A DNA stretch of 64,000 nt. It comes from Podarcis erhardii (taxonomy: Eukaryota). Below are positions 37,601 through 48,300 of this stretch, in pieces. Each line of letters opens with the position of its first letter. The stretch's first letter is position 1. The notes under the pieces are model-generated. The model did no database searches. It was not told the origin of the DNA and worked only from the letters and a program-made list of their open reading frames with translations. Where the stretch lies: NCBI GenBank assembly GCA_964252035.1, contig OZ176201.1; one strand, 5' to 3'. Position numbers and translations under genes: made by a program.

Positions 37601-40600
37601 CATCACCATCCTCTTGTTCCTTCCTTCTCTCCTTGCCCTGCATCTCTGTCATCTGGATCCCTCCTCCTCTCTTCTCCTTTCTTGCTCCACCTGCCTGCCT
37701 GATGGTCTGGCAGCTCATCACACTGAAGTTCACAGTGCCACTTGTCTGTGACTTCCTTATAATTTTATATATTAGAGAGAAACAGAAAGAGACTCCAGCC
37801 AATACTCTAACACCTTCTCCTCATGAAGAATGAATCCATCGAGCCATTTTTGTGGTTCCTTTCTAATATTGTCTTGGATTGAATAAGGACAAGGTAAAGC
37901 AATCATTTAAATGATCCATGTTATAACCTCATATCTCAGTTTCAAGGAGATTGCACTGGAGTGCCACACTGAGCACATGAGAGACCACTTAGGTGTGCCT
38001 TCCACATTTAGCTTGATGAAATGCTATAGCTGACAAAAAAAGTCACTATGGATGGATTTCTTTTCTTTTTCTCTTTTTTTCTAAACAAGATTATGTAAAT
38101 TGCCTCTCTGTCAGGATGCTGCCAGCGGCTCCCAGCTGGTTGCCCAGGAAGTAGAAGGACAAGGGAAAGTTTCTTACTGTCCTTTTTAATTCAGTATTTA
38201 CAGAGAGAGGCTATAGAACCCAGCCTCTTGGATAATGGTGATGTCCCGAGTAAATCTCCATCCCCCGTCTCTCCCACTTCCTCATCCGTCACTTCTACGG
38301 GTGCTGCTACGTGCCCTTTGTCTTTGAGCTCGTTGCTCTCCTACTTTTAAGGCTCGCCGGGTTCTGGGAGAGGGAGGGGCTGGGATGTTTTCTAATGACA
38401 CCGTGCCAGCCAGCTGCTGTTCCGATTGTGCCTCCTCCTCCTCCTCTCCCATTATTTCCCAACTTTCCCCCTCATCTGTCTCTGAGCTATGACATCCCAG
38501 AAACCACTGTTGTAAATCTATACTGTCTTCCTCTTCCTCCTCCCTGGGAGGATCAGGATGGGGAGGCGGTCTCCACCATTCCTCCTCTGCCCAGTCCCTG
38601 ACACCCTCGTTGAAAGGAGGTCCCCAGGCATGTACTCTCCTTGATGGGAGGGAAGCTCGCTGGGAAAGGGTTTCTGCAGGAGACCATATCTTCATCTATA
38701 AGGCTACAAGAATTAGCAGAAAATATTTGGTGGTGTTTTCTACAGGCCCTCTTCCTTCTTCTCACAGGTTTAATGGCTTTCCTTTTTGATCTGAGGGCCT
38801 TGATTGATATGATGTCCATTGGGACATTGCTGGCCTACACACTAGTAGCTGTCTGTGTTCTTCTCCTCAGGTAATGAGTTGTCCGTTATTTATTTCTCTC
38901 TGATGCAGATATGGAGTGCTCATCATGACAACATCCCATGTAATATAAATGTCATTCCAGAGAAGTAGCTTCATTGGTCTGTTTTACTTTTAAAAAAAAG
39001 AACCTCCCCCTATTGTAGGATAAATAAAACACCTTCTGGAGCTGGCTTATGGAGAAAATGGAAGCATGGCGGTCTTTATTCCAGATTAGTTAATCTAGAA
39101 TACATGTCTGTGACTCTTTCCATTATCAACACTGTCTGCACTCACCACTGGCATGAGAACTCCAATAGGCTACCCCTGATGAAATGCAGGGGAAATCAAA
39201 ATTGGCTGGGTAGAATTTCAAACCATGCTAGACTAGCTTCTATTTTACACATTTTAAACAGCCATACTGACAGTGATGCAATTATTTAGCAGCTGTTTAG
39301 TCTGCTTTGTAGCAATTATCTCCTTGAAACTAGTAAGATATCAGTGGGAACAGCTTTTGGATTTCTTAACCCCACACACAAGTAAATGATAAAAGAACAA
39401 TTCATCATAAAAGAGATTATTCAATCGCAAGGCACAGTCTGCAAGGCCTCCTTGGGCATTTCTTTGTTCAGAATCTTGTTGCATGTGAGTGAATGTCATC
39501 TTTACCTTCTCTGAGGCTTTCTTTGAGCTGGACATTCTTGGAAAGCTTGCACTGCCAAGACCACTTCTACCGTCAGCCAGGGATGCTGCAGATTCCACTG
39601 ACAAAGCTATCTGGACACAAGGCAGATACTAACTGATGTGTTCATTGATGTTTAACTTGCTTTGCAGGTACCAACCTGATCCCAGCTCCCTTGGCCCACC
39701 AGAAAAGAAAGGTCTAAGCAGAATACCTTGGGTGGACATCCTCATCCATCCTCAGATGATCCCGAACCAGAGCTCCTCCACATTAGTGTCCCATTCTGTG
39801 CTTGTCATTGGTGAGTACTGGAGCATCAGTTGGAGGGGGGAAATGCAGTTTGCATTTACAGGCAAACTTGCCTGATTCAGGCTTTGGGAAATGATACCCG
39901 GCCGCTGTAAATATTTGTACTTCTTTGAATTTTGCACTGTATACAAGTTATGCAGTGACCAAGCAATGTATACATCAGTGCATTAGGTAATAGAAAATAT
40001 AAATATTAGGGAAATGCGCTTTGTAAAAAATGTGTATATGAGGCAACTTTGCATTTAAAAAGGTACTATTAGAAGAAAATTCTCACTGAAAAATGCAGGT
40101 GAACTTTCATGAGGGTGTAACAAAAGAAATCATAAACTGATGTGGAAATTGAACTTCAGATTGGAAAAATAAGAAATGAGGTCTTTAAGTTAAGGGAGCA
40201 GGGTGAAACCAAGCAAGGAGCTGTTAACTATAAAGAATCACCCTGCTTAGTTATTACAGGCCTCACTTGAAACAAGCACAAATAACTGGTTCATAACATT
40301 ATCCGGTCAACTGAGCCTTGCCTTTATGATTAGTTCTCTTCCAGTGCACTTGTTGTGGTGCATGGGGTGGTCTTTTGTTCCAGGAAGATGCCCCCTGCTT
40401 CCTCACAGCATGGTTTTCAGAGTCCATTTTCTCTCCAGCTGTCCTAGTCTGCATCACGTGTGTGCTGAGCACAGCAGGACTGCCATGTTTGTTATCTGGA
40501 GGTGCCTGGTGTGTCACCTGCCTTGTTCTCCTCTTCCTGGGAATTCTGGTGGTGTCCCTAATCATCTGGAGGCAGCCACACAGCCAGAAGACAGCAGACT

Positions 40601-42198
40601 TCACGGTAAGGAAGAGACTTCATAATTGACACTGCCTAGCAAGCCTCATGACTATGTTTGACGTGTTGTGAATGTTCACGGGAAGCATGCATCTACCTGG
40701 GAGTAACTCAACACATAGGATTGCACTATAAGGGTACATAGAGAAATTCCTGTCAACAGGGGGTTTTCTGTGTGGGGTGAGATCCACTTCTTACCACCTT
40801 TGTTTCTGACCTGAGGGCTGTTTATCTGCTCCTCATTGTCCTCCTCTTCCCAATGCAGCCTGTGTATTGTATGTGTGTGTGTGTTTGTGTGTGTGCGCGC
40901 GCACGCCAGCTTGACAATATCCTCCTTAAATTGTGGTAAACTGGGCACAGCACTCCAGGTGTGGGAGTACTTTTCTCCCTGCATGCTCTCTCAGAGTTAC
41001 CAAGGGCCATATCAGGGAATAATATTCTTTTTCTAACGTTCATGTCTAATCTCAAATTATCTCTGCACTCGTTTAGGTTCCCTGTCAGCCATTCTTGCCC
41101 ATCCTCAGTGTCCTGGTCAATAGCTACCTAATGGTCCAACTCAGCGGTGACACCTGGCTTCGGTACATGGTGTGGATGGCTATTGGTAAGCCTTTAAGAA
41201 ATGTGCCACAATTCAGGGAACTTCAGGAAATAATAATGATTTGGAAAGTAAGTGTCATCTGAATTTATTATAAGGCAGTGCTACCTAGCTCTTATCAGGA
41301 CTAATACAAGATGGGCATCAGGTTAGGCAGTGCCCTGATCACCACGGTGGGTGTGTTTGGACCCCCTGGTCTTCCTTCTTTTGCCAGGATTAGGCAGCAC
41401 AGCAGCAAAGATGCTGGTCTAGCTGCTGAACCAACCATTGCATTTTCTAATATTTTGCTCCTTCTCATGGAATTGGTTCATGCATACCTGGTGGTTACTT
41501 GATGACTGCAGTATCAGCACTGTAGCACACCTGAGGTGGAGCCAGGCAGCAGGGTATGTAAATTAAATAAAACTGATGTGTTTAAATGGTCCATCATTGA
41601 TCTAATTCTAGAGACAGAGCTTTCACATCACACATCACACTCCAATACAGTGCTTTTCAACAGAGACAGTTCAGATGTTCAACAAGGCAAGTCAGTCAGC
41701 AAGCGCCGAGTAACTAAGAGAAATCAAATTAAATCCATGTATGTGTGAATGAGTTGGTGAAGGAATTTGTGCCTAGAATATGACAGTTACAGAAGAGCAT
41801 TTCATCTATAGGCTAAATCAGGGGTAGCCAACAGGGTGCCTTCCAGACTTTGTAGACTACAACTCCCATAATCCCCTGGCATTGCCCATGCTGGTGGGGC
41901 TGGTGGGAGTTGTAGTCCAAAACATCCGTAGGGCACCAAGTTGGCTAACCTGAGCTAAATGTCCTGATGTGATTTCAAATGAAGGAGCTTTCTCTAATAC
42001 GGATATATTTGTGAGGGGGAGGGTCTATCTGGGGCATTGTTGGTTCACCTTGTCCTCTTATGTGCTGTAGGCTTCCTAATTTACTTTGGCTACGGGATCC
42101 ACCACAGTGCAGAGAGATCCAGCCACCAAGATCCATCCCCAGAGAAGACAAAGCAGGCAACAAGTGACATGGATCCAGCTGTCACCTGGGAAAAATAA
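31260..42198 (+). CDS. Cationic amino acid transporter, SLC7A2 (CAT-2)-like paralog, 613 aa, CAT-2A-type
   Basis: Exons 31260-31635, 33233-33388, 34711-34879, 35142-35272, 35605-35827, 36729-36865, 38768-38870, 39668-39810, 40439-40605, 41077-41185, 42071-42198. Total 1842 nt, all GT-AG, phases consistent, no stops. CAT motifs [47 protein letters not shown] and IYFGYG present. Confidence 0.95.
33233..33388 (+). CDS. SLC7A2-like coding exon 2 ([19 protein letters not shown]...[18 protein letters not shown])
   Basis: 156 nt, GT-AG; lacks the extra residue that SLC7A1 and SLC7A3 have before LAE, as SLC7A2 does. Confidence 0.95.
34243..34502 (+). mobile_element. tRNA-derived squamate SINE (Squam/Sauria-like) with (CTT)n tail
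   Basis: Box A GTGGTGTAGTGG, box B GGTTCGCATCTCC, body gtgaccttgggccagtcac, tail ctcttctcttcttcttctt. Confidence 0.8.
34711..34879 (+). CDS. SLC7A2-like coding exon 3 ([24 protein letters not shown]...)
   Basis: 169 nt, GT-AG. Confidence 0.94.
35142..35272 (+). CDS. SLC7A2-like coding exon 4 ([20 protein letters not shown]...GFDCIATT)
   Basis: 131 nt, GT-AG; N-glycosylation sequons NQS and NGT in the extracellular loop. Confidence 0.95.
35605..35827 (+). CDS. SLC7A2-like coding exon 5 ([16 protein letters not shown]...GSLCALTT)
   Basis: 223 nt, GT-AG. Confidence 0.95.
36729..36865 (+). CDS. SLC7A2-like coding exon 6, CAT-2A-type ([46 protein letters not shown])
   Basis: 137 nt, GT-AG; matches the CAT-2A alternative segment. 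Confidence 0.95.
38109..38603 (-). mobile_element. Putative solo LTR or LTR-like repeat in SLC7A2-like intron 6
   Basis: Termini TGTCAGG...CCTGACA, flanks CTCTC/CCCTC, AATTAAA on the minus strand. Confidence 0.55.
38768..38870 (+). CDS. SLC7A2-like coding exon 7 ([34 protein letters not shown])
   Basis: 103 nt, GT-AG. Confidence 0.95.
39668..39810 (+). CDS. SLC7A2-like coding exon 8 (RYQPDPSS...SHSVLVI)
   Basis: 143 nt, GT-AG; begins with the conserved RYQP. Confidence 0.92.
40439..40605 (+). CDS. SLC7A2-like coding exon 9 (AVLVCITC...[15 protein letters not shown])
   Basis: 167 nt, GT-AG; IWRQP motif. Confidence 0.93.
41077..41185 (+). CDS. SLC7A2-like coding exon 10 ([36 protein letters not shown])
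   Basis: 109 nt, GT-AG. Confidence 0.95.
41819..41952. mobile_element. Palindromic hAT-type MITE
   Basis: TIR CAGGGGTAGCCAAC/GTTGGCTAACCTG; TSD GGCTAAAT/AGCTAAAT. Related copies at ~37040-37170, ~42296-42430, ~43750-43860, ~46495-46600, ~58805-58935. Confidence 0.8.
42071..42198 (+). CDS. SLC7A2-like last coding exon ([13 protein letters not shown]...VTWEK*)
   Basis: TAA at 42196-42198; candidate AATAAA at 43378-43383. Confidence 0.94.
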
Positions 42199-44258
42199 CT
42201 CTGTGGTGTGGAGCAACTATCTTCCCTGGTGAAAGGACTTCATAAGAATGGGATTTCACCCTTCCCTTAACTATCTATAGATGTGTCTATTTGTAGCACT
42301 CCAACCTGGTGCTCTCCAGATGTTTTGGGCAACAACTCCCATCAGCTCTGGCCAGCGCAGCTAAACTTGCTGGGATTGATGGGAATTGTAGTCCAAAACA
42401 CCTGGAAGGTATGAGGTTGAGGAAGGCTACTCTTGAGCGATACAAATAATTGGATACTCACAGTTAAGTAATGCATGCAATTCATATCCATTGGCTGAGC
42501 TGGTGTAGCATTGTGGCTGAGTTCACCAAGCTAAGTTACTGGAAGCATGGAACAAGGTTTGCTGGTGCAACGGGACCTTTCCCTACCCCCTAAATCTGCT
42601 CTGCAGAGTTTGGGGAAGCCACGGAACAGGTTTAGCATGGACCAGGGGGAGAAGTCCCATTGCACAAGTGGATCTTGTTCTGTACCCCCATTTAGCATGG
42701 TTTCGTTAGACAAGCTACAGTTCCCACAGCTTTGCTCCTCGCCTCCCCAAATCTGCATTGTGGGGATAATGGCAATAGCAGTGGCACATCTGGTTGTGCA
42801 GGCTTATAAGCCATTCAGGAAGTATCCCTGCTGCCCAGTTGGCATTGGCCTTCCAAGGTATGGAGAGTAGCTGAGCTGGCAGCAGAGACACCTCTGATGG
42901 GCCACATCCCGTCACTCCCTCATGTGATTCTAATCACATGGGGGAAGCTGAATATCCAAAGGGAACTCCATCTAGAGCCCAGCACCAAATACACACACTT
43001 CATAAAGGCAATCAAATGGATGGCAGACCCGGCCTATACTTGGCAACGGGTGTTTCCTAGGGCTACCACTTTCCAGTGAGGCTGAGCAAAAACCTGGCTG
43101 GACATACTGTACCTGACAAAGAGAAGGACCTCTTCTTCCTCATGTTCCAGAGAGGGCAAAGCTGGGCACTGTAGTTTATCCCAAGTTTATGCACAACAGA
43201 CCTCTGTCTTCTACTGCTCATCCAGTTTTGCTTGCTGAAATTTGAAATGTGCTTTATCCCGCAGAAGTGTCTGTAATTGTCCATTCCTTGGGGTTTGGGA
43301 GCAAACAATGCTAAAGTTGTGACAAACTTTGTTTAGACCATCTGTTACAAATTCCCCATTTTCACTCATCTAAAACTAATAAAAAGGAACTTTTATTGTT
43401 GTTATCATTTATTATCTTACTATTAATTGATAAAAGTCGCAGCTTATTGATTGAATCATGCATGTGCATGAGCTAATTTGCTCAAAAGCAGGTTGCTTCA
43501 TGTGCTTTAGTATCACAGGTTTCCCTGAAGTTACTCGCAGAATGGTGGCGCAACATTCCATTATTTACTTCAGTCTGTTGCTTGTGATGTGCCAAAAAAC
43601 TTTTCCTGTATTTTTTTGTAACCATTGCCCCATCAATTAATGAGCAAATATATTGCTACCATTTAGCCCTCTGTTCTATTCATGCTCATTACCATTACAA
43701 ATACTGACTTTGGGTGCGTCCAGGTGTCATTCTAATGGTTTGTTTTAGACCAGGCATGGCCAAACTTGGCCCTCCAGCTCTTTGGGGACTACAACTCCCA
43801 TCATCCCTAGCTAAGAGAACCAGTGGTCAGGGATGATGGGAATTGTAGTCTCCAAAACATATATATCTATATCTATACACATAAAGTTTATAAACAGTGA
43901 AGGGTACAAATCAGTTTTTTAATGGGGGGGGGGGATCTGAAGGTTCTTTTTTTTATCTGGTCAAGTGGAAATCCAGATAAGAAACAGGGGCGGGATTCAC
44001 CTCATTGAGTCCCGTCAGAGTAAGCCCTCCTTCACTTGCTAAAAAAGGAATTTCCCTTGCCTCCACCTGTACCCTTCTGTACCCCAGATTGGCTCTGGGT
44101 GGTCAGGGGTGTGATGGAAGGAGAGGGAGGATCGTTCCATCTGGCCAGCTGCAATGCTTGCAACAACAAGTTGTTCACCATAGTGTGACGTTTAATTTTA
44201 CCTTAGATACTTATGTCCCAGACTCCCAGTTGTATAGTCACAGCAATATACTGGTAAG

Positions 44259-44259
<1 letters not shown>

Positions 44260-44292
<33 letters not shown>
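44260..44292. repeat. (TG)n microsatellite
   Basis: Seen directly. Confidence 0.95.
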
Positions 44293-44294
<2 letters not shown>

Positions 44295-45320
44295 CAGCGT
44301 AACTCCAATTTAAGCAGAGTTTAAGACAGATTTACCAGTTATATGTGCATAATATGTCCAGTATATCAAAAGATCTGCCATAAGACATTCACTTTAAAGA
44401 TGCTGTAAAGCATTCATATTTTAATTTCTTTGTTACATTTGTAGACTGTCCTTTCTTCAAGGATCTCATCTTAGTATTCAGAGGATCTGATGAATATCTG
44501 CAGCTTTACAGCATCTCTGGAGCTGTACTGGGAGGAGGAGGGTGGGAGAATTTTGGTTCAATTCCTATCTGGTCCAGGGTTCCTGAAACAATGCGTATCC
44601 TAAAATGCAGCTATATATTAGTGAAAGTAACATAGAAGAAATGCATCGAATTAGGGGAAATTGCTTGGGGGAATAGTATATTGGGCAAAATATACAAAAA
44701 TGTGTCTCACTATGAGAAATTCAAACTGAAACTCTGAGAAATTTCTATAAGGACTTTTAAAAATAAACAAATCTCATAATGATGTGGAAATGTGGATAAG
44801 TGAGTATTAGAGAAATGAAGAACTGAGAAAACAGAAATGAAGAGACTCTTCCATCTCTAATGGAGAGAGGCACTGGTCCTCGCCTGAGCTACTTTCATTA
44901 AACCTAAGAAACATCAACTACTTTCTCTGCCCGCCCCCCGCTGCTTTCTGTGGAATGCATCTGAAAAGGGATCAGCCATAATATTTTGTAATTGGAAATT
45001 GTGGGTTTTAAGCCTGGAGCGCGTCTGACAGAGTGCTGCACTGAATAGGCCTATTCACCTCCCCTGTAGGATCCTGACCCCTTGCGGCATTCATGTGTGA
45101 AAGGGGTTTTGTTGAAAGGCGCAAGCCATGAGTTTGCTTTGCTTTGAAATCTCCTTCCTACCCCATACTACCCACCCCCTTGCCTTCCCCGCCCACCAAG
45201 GAGAACACTTTGGTGTGAGATTTCTTCTGAGCTGTGGAAGTTGCAGCAGCACGTAGCAACTTCGCCACTTGTAAACGGGCTGTGCAGAGACATATTTTCT
45301 TGTCTCTGGTTCGTCCCAGG

Positions 45321-45375
45321 ATGAATTTCAAAGTGCTGGCTGTTTTGAGCTGTTTCACCCTCCTCTTTGTTTGGG
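45321..45375 (+). CDS. PDGFRL-like exon 1, signal peptide (MNFKVLAVLSCFTLLFVW)
   Basis: 55 nt, ccaggATG, strong donor |gtaagt. Confidence 0.88.
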
Positions 45376-48300
45376 GTAAGTCATGTTTTCCTTTGTCCTT
45401 TGTCCCTCTGTGTTCCTACGATTCCCCTCCCTTCTCTAGCAGAAAAATAAAAGTTAAAATGCTCAGGGCATTTCTCCATTTCCCGCACAAGGAATTTCTT
45501 GTGGGGAGCATGAACACCCACAGCCTCTCATTGCTGCCGTACACCAGGAGCCAATCTGGGGTAGAGATCAGCTCCTGAGCTTTGACCTGGTCTTGGACTA
45601 GATTGCAAGTGCAGATTTCCTACATGTCCAAACAACTGGGAACACTGCTATAAATATGGGAAGGGTAGAGGCGTACCTAGGCTCCTTTGCACCCTTGGCA
45701 AGGAGCTGTATTGGCACCCTCCTACAGAAAATACCCACTCTACCATAATAATCACATTAGAAATTACTACATTTTACAGGACCCAAATACTTGAAGCTTC
45801 CAGAGTTAGGGCAATTTGAGGAGGAAGGGCAAAACAACCCCAAATACCTTTGTGTTGTGGTGCAAGAATGATAGGAAGCTTCTCCCACTTTTAATCCTAT
45901 CATTGCAGCATCACTGTGTTGTCACACAGTGACACTCCATAGTTTGGTAGGTCCTTTTGGGGTATCTGCCCTTGCCCCGAACCAACCTCTAGGTACACCT
46001 CTGGTGAAGGGGCAGACAAGAGAACAAAGCTACTCAGCAAACTTGCAGAATCAACATTCGCCGGAAGATTTGCTGAACATGATATATCAGGACCTTTTGA
46101 GAATGTCATGGTTTGGGTGGACTATGCTTGCAGATACATGCATTTTGCAAAGAGCCCAAAATTTTAATTGAGTTTTTTTAGAGCGGGAGAAATTCATTCT
46201 GCAGGCAAAGATAGGAAGCCTCCTTTAAGGCAAGATGTTCTGTGAACCCCTAGGCTGCCAGCTGGTTCCAGTGCTTGTGGGTCTCATTTGAGCTCAAGTC
46301 CAGAGAAGCAATAGCAGATGGTGTGGTGGGACCAAGGTACTTACCTGACCTCCTGTCAGGTGAGTCGCTGGCTGCTGCTTGCCAGGAGGGGTAAGGTGGC
46401 AGCAAGGTCTGTGGGGTGCAAATGTACCAGTGGAGCCAACTGGGGGCTCTTGCCCATGCATGTGCACCATGCCACCGCCAACCAGGTGCTCTCCAGCTGT
46501 TTTGGACTACAACTCCCATCAGTCCCAGCCAGCACAGCAGCACTGACAAGGGCTGATGGGAGTTGTAGTCCAAAGCAGTTGGAAGGCATGCACTTGGGAG
46601 AAGCTTAATATCTGTTAGTGTATTGTGTACAGTGGTACCTCGGAAGTCGAATGGAATCTGTTTGACTTCCAAAACATTCAGAAACCAAGGCACGGCCTCT
46701 GATTGGCTGCAGGAAGCTCTTGCAGTCAATCGGAAGCTGTGAGAGTCACATTGGACATTTGGGTTCCAAAGAACGTTCGCAAACCGGAACACTCCGTTTG
46801 CGGTGTGTTTGCGGTGTTTGGGAGCCTAAACATTTGACTCACAAGGCATTTGACTTCCAAGGTAACTCTTTGTATTCAATTGGCAATAGTCCTGATAGGT
46901 GTGGCAAGATGACGTTCATAAATAGAAAGTTTAAAAAAATAGGATTGGTGCAAGAGACTGGTGACACCAGCCCTATATCATGTATATATGAAGTGAAGGT
47001 CAAGGCCACTACTGCGATGTTTCATATAAATGTTTATCTTCGTAGCTGAATGCCAAAAAGAAAAGCCTTCCAAAGCTTCGGAGAAGGCAGCCACGAAGGA
47101 GCCGAAAGCCAGTGGCTCCAAATTTCCCAAAGTGCCAAGCAAAAAACTTAAACAGGGGACTCCAAAGTTTCTAAAGAAAAGCCAAGTTAAAGCCACGACT
47201 GTTCCCAGGGAAGGCAAGCCGACCATTCTGACCAGGGCAGTGGCAAAGGGGCAGTTCCAGAAGGTGTCCAACACGCTGGTGCTAAGAGCAGGCGAAGCCC
47301 TCGACTTGCGCTGCAAAGGAAAGACGGTCAAATGGAGATACCCTCCCTACTTGGAGGATGACGACGTGGAGAGGCGACTGCGGTGAGCATATTGACGGCA
47401 ACTGTTTGTGTTGGATAGATGTGACGTGGTCTTGCGTTCAGTGGTGAATGTGCTTATGGATGGAACGTCCCAGGTCTGGAGGGGAAAGCTCTTCCTTGCC
47501 TCATCTTTGCCCTTCTCTCTTTCAGAATCAAACACTTTGAGAGGCACAGTCAGCTGACCGTTGCCAATTCCACCGCGGCAGACACGGGCGAGTACAGCTG
47601 CTGGTCCTTCCAGTGCCGTGACAGCGAGTGTCGTGATGGAGAGGACAAGATGGGCAAAACATTCATCTTCTTCACAGGCCAGGCTTTTTTCTTGGTTTAA
47701 GGCGGTGGGGGGTGGACCTCTTCCTCCCTGCTTCTGGCCTCCCCTTTCCTAGTCATTATTTTCTAATATACTCCCTACACACTTATGAGGGTCACTTGAC
47801 AATACTGGGCAGGGCCAGAAGAAAACTGGGTGGAGCTGCAAATGTGAATATTGTGTCTGTGCAGTTGGCTACTTTTAAACACACTTACAGCACCACCAGC
47901 CATCCTCGGTCCATGCATATTCCATCAGGAGGGTGAGAGGAGGGCTGGTAAATGAAATGGCTGTGGAGGGGGGTGGGTATGGCCTGGAGATTAGTCCAAA
48001 GGTGCCATTTCAAAAGCTGGGAACCCTTTTCACTGAGAGGCAGCATCTTTTTTGACAAATGATCGCATGTGGATTTTATAGAGAGGCTATAGATGACAAT
48101 AATGTATGGCCCTGCCCAGGAGAAAATGCTGTCTCTGCACATCCAAACGCCCCTTTCTGTTTTCCCCTCAGACCCTCAGGAGCTATTTGTGCCCACAGAA
48201 GATTACTATGAAGTGATTCAGCTGCGTACAAACCACCCCACCCTCCTGCCGTGCCAGGTGACAAATCCAGCAGCCAAAGTGACGCTGCACCGGGAGTTCC

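Noticed and set aside
40870-40906. (TG)n(CG)n tract with Z-DNA potential
   Set aside because: A common microsatellite variant with nothing pointing to a function.
44047-44056. NF-kB consensus GGAATTTCCC upstream of the PDGFRL-like gene (also near 49599)
   Set aside because: A 10-bp degenerate motif is expected by chance in 64 kb; no conservation data are available.
46250-46792. 180-aa minus-strand ORF (also 52770-53276, 37360-37833, 12016-12492, 4044-4502)
   Set aside because: These overlap MITEs or low-complexity sequence and show no recognisable homology or exon structure.
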